The notes: generated from the letters alone by a model not told the origin. A stretch of 32,000 bases of DNA from Bacteroidota bacterium (GCA_003153315.1 PLYA01000036.1:205858-237857); one strand, 5' to 3'; positions 18,523-24,480 are shown, counted from the stretch's first letter. Numbers and translations are program-made.

Positions 18523-20109
18523 ATGGCATTGAAAAAAAAGATAAAAACTTCTTCTTCTGATTTTAAATCCGAATTAGAATTACATCTAAAAAAATTCTCC
18601 ACTAATCCATACTTATTTATTGGTTCAGGGTTATCGAGAAGGTATTTAAACTTACCGACTTGGCTTACTTTTCTTGAAAGCTTTTACTCTACATTAAACT
18701 TAGATAAGCAGTTTGAATATTATCAATCAAAGTCAAATGGCAGCCTTCCTTTATTAGCATCCATTATTGGAAACGAATTTCATGCAAAATGGTGGGAGCT
18801 TCCTGCTTTTAAGAATAGTAGGGAGTTATATAAAGATTTAGCCAAAGAAAACGAATTATCTCCTTTTAAGATTGAGATCGCAAATAATATAAGAAAGCAT
18901 TCCGTTCCAAATAAAGATTTTGAGGAAGAAATAAATCTATTGAAAAGCTCAGTAATAGATGGGATTATTACAACTAATTGGGATAATTTTTTAAATGAAT
19001 TATTTTCTGACTTCAAGCCTTATATCGGACAACAAGAACTTATGTTTGCTGATTCTTTTTCGGTAGGAGAATTATATAAAATACACGGTTGTTGTTCAAA
19101 GCCAAATAGCATAGTAGTAACAGAGGAGGATTATAAAAATTTCAATTCTAAAAACGCTTATTTAGCCGCAAAATTGCTTACCATTTTTGTGGAACACCCT
19201 ATTATTTTTATTGGCTATTCTATTTCTGATAAAAATATAACGGAATTTTTAAACTCAATTGTTGCGTGTGTAGATACAGAGAGCGTAAAAAAACTTAAAG
19301 ACCGTTTAATATTTGTTGAATGGTCGTCCAAAGCAACTAAAAATAAAATATCAGATAGTAATATTGTTCTTGCAAGCGGATCTGTCTTACCAATCAAGCA
19401 TATTGAAGCGCATAGTTTTAAAGAGTTATTCGAGGTTTTAGCAAGTTTAAAAAAGCGATTACCAGTTAAAATCCTAAGGCAATTAAGGGATGCGGTTTAT
19501 GATTTGGTAAAAACAAATAATTCGAGCAAAACAAAACTTGTTGGAGACTTATTAAATAATGAACATACTGAGGATATAGAATTTGTTATTGGTGTTGGCG
19601 CAACCTCTTTTACGGAACAGGGATATAAAGGAATAACCGCACTTGAAATATTAGAGGACGCAATATTAGAAAACAAGGATTTCGACTGTATAAAGCTGGT
19701 TGAACTTACAATTCCACAAATGATAAAAAGTTCTGTCTACTTACCTGTTTATAAACACTTAAGAAAGGCAAAACTTCTTGACGAAAAAGGAAATATTATT
19801 AAATCATATAACCATTCTGAAAAACTTATTGAGTTTTTAAAAACTAATAAGGTCGAAACCTATTATCCTTCGGATAGCTATGCAAGAAAAAGGTCTGAAA
19901 TTCGAAAAAAATATGGAACCGTTCAAAGCATAACTAGTTCATTCGATAAGGTACATGCATTATATTATATTCCTTTATTAGAAAAGGAAAACATAGATTT
20001 AAAGGATTTAAAGAAATTTTTAAAAGACTGTTTTAATGATGCTACAGTAAAAAAAGATACAACCTTTAAAAAGGTAGTTTGTCTTTATGACTATTTAAAA
20101 TACAATTAA
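18523..20109 (+). CDS. SIR2_2-type sirtuin-like protein with an unassigned C-terminal half (candidate NADase defence effector)
   Basis: Ordered SIR2_2 motifs: FIGSGLSRR (aa 32-40), ITTNWDNFL (Asn152), LYKIHGC (His188), IIFIGYSISD (aa 227-236). Residues from about 290 to 528 have no recognisable domain. The gene is visibly AT-richer than the flanking genes. Confidence 0.8.
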   Translation: MALKKKIKTSSSDFKSELELHLKKFSTNPYLFIGSGLSRRYLNLPTWLTFLESFYSTLNLDKQFEYYQSKSNGSLPLLASIIGNEFHAKWWELPAFKNSRELYKDLAKENELSPFKIEIANNIRKHSVPNKDFEEEINLLKSSVIDGIITTNWDNFLNELFSDFKPYIGQQELMFADSFSVGELYKIHGCCSKPNSIVVTEEDYKNFNSKNAYLAAKLLTIFVEHPIIFIGYSISDKNITEFLNSIVACVDTESVKKLKDRLIFVEWSSKATKNKISDSNIVLASGSVLPIKHIEAHSFKELFEVLASLKKRLPVKILRQLRDAVYDLVKTNNSSKTKLVGDLLNNEHTEDIEFVIGVGATSFTEQGYKGITALEILEDAILENKDFDCIKLVELTIPQMIKSSVYLPVYKHLRKAKLLDEKGNIIKSYNHSEKLIEFLKTNKVETYYPSDSYARKRSEIRKKYGTVQSITSSFDKVHALYYIPLLEKENIDLKDLKKFLKDCFNDATVKKDTTFKKVVCLYDYLKYN

Positions 20110-20110
20110 T

Positions 20111-20176
20111 GGGTTTGCAAACCCGCATACAAGATTACATCGATAATCCGCTTGCGCGGATTTGCAATCCGTGCGC
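20111..20176. repeat. REP-like hairpins centred on TTTGCAA
   Basis: gggTTTGCAAAccc (20111-20124). aatccgc-ttgc-gcggatt (20144-20161) overlaps gcgcggaTTTGCAAtccgtgcgc (20154-20176). Confidence 0.55.
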
Positions 20177-20189
20177 CTAAATAATAAAA

Positions 20190-21044
20190 ATGAAACAACA
20201 AAACGCCATACAACTATTCGAAGACAAAAAGGTAAGAACCCTTTGGGATGCCGAGCAAGAAAAATGGTACATATCCATTATTGATGTTATTGAAATATTA
20301 ACCAATACCGATAGACCCCGAAAATACTGGAGCGATTTAAAAACCAAACTTAAAAACGAAGGAAGCGAGTTGTCCGAAAAAATCGGACAACTGAAAATGC
20401 AATCTGCCGATGGAAAATACTACAAAACAGATGTAGCTGATACAGAGCAGCTTTTCAGGCTTATACAATCTATACCCTCGCCAAAAGCCGAGCCCTTTAA
20501 ACTATGGCTGGCGCAGGTTGCCAACGAGCGGTTAGACGAAATGCAAGACCCCGAACTTGGTATAGACCGCGCGCTGGAACAATACCTACTACTGGGCTAC
20601 TCCGAAAACTGGATAAACCAACGCCTTAAAAGTATTGAAATAAGAAAAGAACTTACCGACGAGTGGAAAAAACGGGGCTTAAAACAAGGGCAACAATTTG
20701 CCACCCTTACTGATATTATTACCAAAGCTTGGGCGGGCAAAACCACCAAAGAGTATAAGGTGTTGAAAGGTTTAAAAAAAGAAAACCTTAGAGATAACAT
20801 GACCAACACCGAACTTATTTTAAACATGCTTGCCGAAGCTTCTGCAAAAGATATTTCTCAAGCTGTAAACCCCAAGGGTTTTTCGGCAAGTAAAAAAGTT
20901 GCCGCACAGGGCGGCAATGTAGCCAAAGTAGCACGCAAAGAACTGGAAGCCAAAACAGGCAAAAAGGTGGTAACAGCCTTAAATGCAAAAGCCGTTTTGC
21001 AACAAAACAAAAGCGCGAAAAACCTGGGCACAAAAAAGAAATAA
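20190..21044 (+). CDS. Bro-N domain / DinD-like (DNA-damage-inducible protein D family) protein
   Basis: N-terminal Bro-N-like VRTLWDAEQEKWYISIIDVIEIL, then the conserved block DVADTEQLFRLIQSIPSPKAEPFKLWLAQVANERLDE. The C-terminal NMTNTELILNMLAEA region parallels E. coli DinD. Confidence 0.8.
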   Translation: MKQQNAIQLFEDKKVRTLWDAEQEKWYISIIDVIEILTNTDRPRKYWSDLKTKLKNEGSELSEKIGQLKMQSADGKYYKTDVADTEQLFRLIQSIPSPKAEPFKLWLAQVANERLDEMQDPELGIDRALEQYLLLGYSENWINQRLKSIEIRKELTDEWKKRGLKQGQQFATLTDIITKAWAGKTTKEYKVLKGLKKENLRDNMTNTELILNMLAEASAKDISQAVNPKGFSASKKVAAQGGNVAKVARKELEAKTGKKVVTALNAKAVLQQNKSAKNLGTKKK

Positions 21045-21048
21045 GTAA

Positions 21049-21098
21049 AACCTTAAACCCTCCTCACATAACTTTCGTTTATCATTCGCTCCACATCC
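21049..21098. repeat. left 50-bp direct repeat; detached copy of the 3' end of the HTH gene (21696-21956)
   Basis: aaccttaaaccctcctcacataactttcgtttatcattcgctccacatcc matches 21692-21741 at 47/50. Its reverse complement reads DVERMINESYVRRV*. Confidence 0.85.
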
Positions 21099-21123
21099 AA
21101 ACAACCAAACACAACTAATTATA

Positions 21124-21180
21124 CCCTTCGACAGGCTCAGGGTACGGAAGCCACTCGGTCGTTGAGCTTGTCGAAACGCC
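21124..21180 (+). repeat. REP-type long hairpin element (copy A)
   Basis: Stem ttcgacaggctca (21127-21139) / tgagcttgtcgaa (21163-21175) with one G-T position. A nearly identical copy lies at 21631-21686. Confidence 0.8.
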
Positions 21181-21218
21181 CGAAGCAAATAATAAAAAAT
21201 ATCCCTACTTTTATAATC

Positions 21219-21518
21219 ATGAAGGGCTATATGTATATATTACAATGCGCCAATGGGTTTTATTATACTGGCAGCACTATAGATTTAGGGCTTCGTATTA
21301 AACAACATCAGAATGGAGAGGGGGCTAATTTTACAAAAAAGCACTTACCCGTTGTTTTAGTTTATTTCGAAGAGTTTCAAAGAATTGATGAAGCATTTAA
21401 TAGAGAGAAACAAGTACAAGGCTGGAGCCGAAAAAAGAAAGAAGCATTAATTAATAGCGAGTACAACAAACTCCCCGAACTGTCTAAGAATTATACACAA
21501 TATAAAGCAGATGATTAA
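21219..21518 (+). CDS. GIY-YIG nuclease family protein (UPF0213/Slx1-like, about 100 aa)
   Basis: MKGYMYILQCANGFYYTGSTIDLGLRIKQHQNG...EAFNREKQVQGWSRKKKEALI contains the GIY..YTG, R, and E..K.W.R motifs. ATG 21219 is chosen because the track start at 21162 is a TTG inside the REP element. Confidence 0.85.
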   Translation: MKGYMYILQCANGFYYTGSTIDLGLRIKQHQNGEGANFTKKHLPVVLVYFEEFQRIDEAFNREKQVQGWSRKKKEALINSEYNKLPELSKNYTQYKADD

Positions 21519-21544
21519 TACTTTTGTCGTTAGTGTTAAGTTTC

Positions 21545-21686
21545 GGACGTTGAGCCCATTCAGTGGTCGTTGAGCTCTCGGTCATTGAGCTTGTCGAAAC
21601 GCCCGCTGTGAAAAACATGTTACAATTGTACCCTTCGACAGGCTCAGGGTACGGTTGCTCTCGGTCGTTGAGCTTGTCGAAACGCC
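21545..21686 (+). repeat. REP cluster: partial tandem copies (gtcgttgagc x3) plus full hairpin copy A' (21631-21686)
   Basis: acgttgagccc, gtcgttgagctc and gtcattgagcttgtcgaaacgcc, then cccttcgacaggctcagggtacggttgctctcggtcgttgagcttgtcgaaacgcc. Confidence 0.8.
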
Positions 21687-21691
21687 GAAAC

Positions 21692-21741
21692 AACCTTAAG
21701 CCCTTCTCACATAACTTTCGTTTATCATTCGTTCCACATCC
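21692..21741. repeat. right 50-bp direct repeat (functional 3' end of the HTH gene)
   Basis: 47/50 identical to 21049-21098. The reverse complement reads DVERMINESYVRRA*. Confidence 0.85.
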
Positions 21742-21956
21742 TCCACCTTATAATACACCTTTTTCCCAATCACAATATAAGCAACCTTCCCAAGCGTTCT
21801 CCAGCGCAATGCCGTTCGTTTAGATATGTTCATCAACATAATAAACTCCTGGTTATCAATAATTCCTTGTGGTCTGTTTTTGTTCACCACCTCCGGGTTC
21901 AAAATCTTTGCACCCCTGTACACTTCCTTTTTTACTAAAATCTGTTCCATCTGCAT
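21696..21956 (-). CDS. helix-turn-helix (HTH_17 / excisionase-MerR-like) DNA-binding protein
   Basis: NISKRTALRWRTLGKVAYIVIGKKVYYKVEDVERMI matches the HTH_17 pattern (TlyrWr..G.l....ig....y...dve) common in Bacteroidota mobile elements. Confidence 0.72.
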   Translation of the reverse strand: MQMEQILVKKEVYRGAKILNPEVVNKNRPQGIIDNQEFIMLMNISKRTALRWRTLGKVAYIVIGKKVYYKVEDVERMINESYVRRA

Positions 21957-22161
21957 TACATATTACAAACCTAAAACTACAAAATAATTAGCAACAAAAA
22001 GCTAAAAATTTTAGCAATTACCATAACCGCCTGATAATAATATTCTTAAAAAACAGGTTCAGCTAAAAGCCATATAGCGCCACATTGGGTCATCTCCCGC
22101 CAAAGGCAGCCGGCATGCGCCATACGCTACCAAGCCCTTGCAAAGCGCCTTGCTCCCACCC

Positions 22162-22169
22162 TACTTTTG
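22162..22169 (+). promoter_or_regulatory. candidate -7 promoter box (TAnnTTTG), with a possible -33 TTG at 22138-22140
   Basis: TACTTTTG matches exactly, with a TTG 21 nt upstream. If used, array 2 would be transcribed as a leader of roughly 0.46 kb for the 22641 gene. Confidence 0.3.
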
Positions 22170-22236
22170 CCAAGGGTTTTGATAATAAAAGCAAAACCGG
22201 AAAAAGAAATCTTACCAAAAAAACTTAAAAGTATGA

Positions 22237-22530
22237 CTGATTTTGCAAAACACCCACATGATTTAGCAAAAAGTGTAACCGGCTTAACAAATTGTACGGA
22301 CGATTTCTCAAAAAGTATGAGCGTGTTTAAAAATCATGTACCCAATTTTAAAAAACATCTGCATGATTTAGTAAAAGGTATAAACGATTTGATAAATCAG
22401 TTGAACGATTCATCAAATCTTCCGCACGACTTTGCAAAAAGCACGCAAGCGTTGCAAAAACATTCAACCGATTTGCGAAATCGTTTGCACGATTTACTAA
22501 AAAGTATGTACGTCTTTGCAAATCGTATAA
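22237..22530 (+). repeat. array 2: 14 head-to-tail direct repeats, exact 21-bp period
   Basis: Units start at 22237 + 21n. Examples: acgactttgcaaaaagcacgc, acgatttactaaaaagtatgt, ccgatttgcgaaatcgtttgc. Consensus aCGATTTgCAAAAAg + about 6 variable nt. No indels. Confidence 0.9.
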
Positions 22531-22640
22531 CAAAAAACATAAGAGCTGTTTTTTACAGGAATAAAAGTCCGCCGCGGCGCAAAAACGTAAACTTCATTTC
22601 TTATAACCTGATAATTATTAACTATAAAAAACCAAAAAAT

Positions 22641-23321
22641 ATGTCCAATCCAAAAGCAGCATTAAACATGCCCAATAAAATAGGCGATAAAATAATACGC
22701 GCCCAATCTATACAAACCAAGCTTACAGGAAACGCCAATTTCCCTGTTGGTAGTTGGCCTGCCAACATAGTAAGTTTAACCCAGTTTGGTACCGATGTTA
22801 CGACGCTAGTAACTACCGAAACGGCGGTTGTAAATAAAACAGGCACGGTGGCAGCACGAAACGCCGCTCTTACCGTAGTACTAACCGACCTGCGCGCATT
22901 AAAAACCATGGTGCAGGTAAAAGCCGATGCCAACCCGGCTAATGCAGCTAATATTATTATAAGCGCAGGGTTTATTGTAGTAACGCGCAGCAATCATAGT
23001 AAAAGGCAAAACCAGGCCTTAAACACCGAGGTACTTGGCACCGTATTGCTTACTGCCGATAAAGGAGGGCACCACGAGTGGCAAATGAGCAAAGATGGCG
23101 GAACCACCATTGTTAATCTGCCCGCTACCACTACCAGCATTACAAAAGTAACAGGCCTAAACCCGGGCGATGTATGGTATTTTAGGAACCGTAAAGTGAA
23201 CACTAAAAAAACCACTTATAACTGGAGTACCTGGCTTAAGTTAATTATAGGTCCGGGTGGAAAAACCACAGGAGGTGGAAACCAATCGGGTGTGGCTGGT
23301 AGTTTACCAAATACTTTATAA
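22641..23321 (+). CDS. orphan protein with helical N-terminal half and Fn3-like C-terminal beta-sandwich; module-2 gene
   Basis: ATG 22641 (MSNPKAALNMPNK). The C-terminal HEWQMSKDGGTTIVNLPATTTSITKVTGLNPGDVWYFRNRK...YNWSTW resembles an Fn3 signature. More GC-rich than the surroundings and has its own terminator. The track ORF extends upstream to 22167 through the repeat array (alternative ATG at 22233). Confidence 0.72.
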   Translation: MSNPKAALNMPNKIGDKIIRAQSIQTKLTGNANFPVGSWPANIVSLTQFGTDVTTLVTTETAVVNKTGTVAARNAALTVVLTDLRALKTMVQVKADANPANAANIIISAGFIVVTRSNHSKRQNQALNTEVLGTVLLTADKGGHHEWQMSKDGGTTIVNLPATTTSITKVTGLNPGDVWYFRNRKVNTKKTTYNWSTWLKLIIGPGGKTTGGGNQSGVAGSLPNTL

Positions 23322-23341
23322 ATACTATTTTGATATGTACT

Positions 23342-23375
23342 AAAAGCCCTGCAGTTCTTGCAGGGTTTTTATTTT
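23342..23375 (+). terminator. Rho-independent terminator
   Basis: Stem ccctgca (23347-23353) / tgcaggg (23359-23365), followed by TTTTTATTTT. Confidence 0.8.
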
Positions 23376-23394
23376 GCTCTTTGAAATATTGTGA

Positions 23395-23410
23395 TGTTTC
23401 ACGTGAAACT
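23395..23410. other. parS-like ParB-binding site 1
   Basis: TGTTTCACGTGAAACT matches 15/16 positions of the Bacillus-type consensus TGTTNCACGTGAAACA. The 14-bp core is a perfect palindrome. Intergenic. Confidence 0.6.
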
Positions 23411-23447
23411 ATTTAGATTAATCTCAAATTGAAACAGCGGGCAGCCC

Positions 23448-23522
23448 GACCAAACGCGGAGCAGTTTAGCCTCGTGTGTGGCAGATCGTTTGGTCTTGAC
23501 TTTTTGTTTCTTTTTCGTCAAG
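23448..23522. other. structured intergenic element (two hairpins)
   Basis: gaccaaacg (23448-23456) / cgtttggtc (23487-23495) and cttgac (23495-23500) / gtcaag (23517-23522). It translates to the LTFCFFFVKEK-type string seen in Bacteroidota repeat families. Confidence 0.35.
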
Positions 23523-23565
23523 GAAAAAGAAAAATGAATAAGGAAATAGTTTGGCTTATTTACTT

Positions 23566-23581
23566 TGTTCCACGTGGAACT
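23566..23581. other. parS-like ParB-binding site 2
   Basis: TGTTCCACGTGGAACT matches 14/16 to consensus. The GTTCCACGTGGAAC core is a perfect palindrome. It lies 2 nt from the stop codon of the methyltransferase gene (stop at 23584-23586). Confidence 0.55.
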
Positions 23582-23583
23582 AA

Positions 23584-24480
23584 TTAAACCTTTCTGAAAA
23601 TATAAATCTGGCTGGAGAATTCTTTGCCGGTTTTATTGGCCTTTATGTTGGATATTAAACCCCTCATAAAAGCACTTATTAGCTTATTAGAGCCTGTTTT
23701 ATACTTCTCGCTAAGCATACTCACATAAAAAGAATCGAACACCATGGGGAGAGTTTTTTCCAGCTTAAAGCCATTATCAGAAAATAGTTTGGTGACGGCC
23801 TTAGGTTCAAAGTGCCAAAGATGTCTTGGCAAATCGTAAGCCGCCCAAAACTCTTTGTAGTGTTTTGCATCATGACTCTCGGGGTTTGGAACCGCCACAA
23901 TAAATATACCTTTGGTCTTCAGGGCGTTCTTTAAGGTTAAAATAGTCTCCTTTAAATCGGGCACATGTTCCAATACATGCCAGGCAGTTACCACATCCAA
24001 ATTGGCAAACAAATGGCTGGTTTGCGCTTCCTCCAAAGAAGCTGATGCAGAAATACCAAACTTATCTGCCATCACCTTACGGGCAACCTCATCGGGCTCT
24101 ATGCCATAAGCTTCCCATTTATTGGTTTTGCAGGTGTTTAAAAAAGCGCCTGTTCCGGCACCATAATCTAATATCTTTCCGCTCTTTAATTTGCTATGTT
24201 GCATTACCAATTGCAGCTTCTTAATTAGGGTGTAAGATCTTACCCAATGGTATAGTTTATTAACCAACCCCTTCTTGGTATCTGAGTGAGAAATGTAATC
24301 CTCTGCCTTATAATATTTACCCAAATCAGCATCCTGGGGGCGGGGAGAAGTGAATTTAAAACCACAGTCTTTGCATTGCTTTATTTCAAAGTCTTGCTTA
24401 GAAACCGTGTAATCTTTACAAACTAAAAACGGCTCAATGTTAATTGAACCGCATATTAAACAAGTATTTATATTCTTCAT
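23584..24480 (-). CDS. class I SAM-dependent methyltransferase with N-terminal Cys4 zinc ribbon
   Basis: CLICGS...CKDCGF zinc ribbon and the ILDYGAGTGAFL SAM motif. The DVVTAWHVLEHV block is typical of Methyltransf_11/23-like enzymes. Confidence 0.85.
   Translation of the reverse strand: MKNINTCLICGSINIEPFLVCKDYTVSKQDFEIKQCKDCGFKFTSPRPQDADLGKYYKAEDYISHSDTKKGLVNKLYHWVRSYTLIKKLQLVMQHSKLKSGKILDYGAGTGAFLNTCKTNKWEAYGIEPDEVARKVMADKFGISASASLEEAQTSHLFANLDVVTAWHVLEHVPDLKETILTLKNALKTKGIFIVAVPNPESHDAKHYKEFWAAYDLPRHLWHFEPKAVTKLFSDNGFKLEKTLPMVFDSFYVSMLSEKYKTGSNKLISAFMRGLISNIKANKTGKEFSSQIYIFRKV

Noticed and set aside
18523-21044. Canonical Thoeris (ThsA + ThsB) or SIR2-HerA annotation for the SIR2-like gene.
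   Set aside because: No TIR-domain, HerA or pAgo gene is adjacent. The downstream gene is Bro-N/DinD-like. A SLOG domain could not be recognised in the C-terminal half by eye.
20815-21188. Minus-strand ORFs 20815-21033 and 20979-21188, and plus-strand ORF 21563-21823.
   Set aside because: They are antisense to the Bro-N/DinD gene or are read through REP hairpins and the duplicated 50-bp repeat (strings such as RQAQRPS, SLSKG, SLSLSKRRNN). They are repeat-derived artefacts.
21957-22161. GC-rich non-coding stretch (…agcgccacattgggtcatctcccgccaaaggcagccggcatgcgccatacgctaccaagcccttgcaaagcgccttgctcccaccc) as a possible tRNA or small RNA gene.
   Set aside because: No tRNA-like T-loop or acceptor features and no convincing extended stem were found by eye. 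GCGCC recurs three times but at irregular spacing (40 and 28 nt). It may be a gene remnant or a promoter region, and the evidence is insufficient to call a feature.
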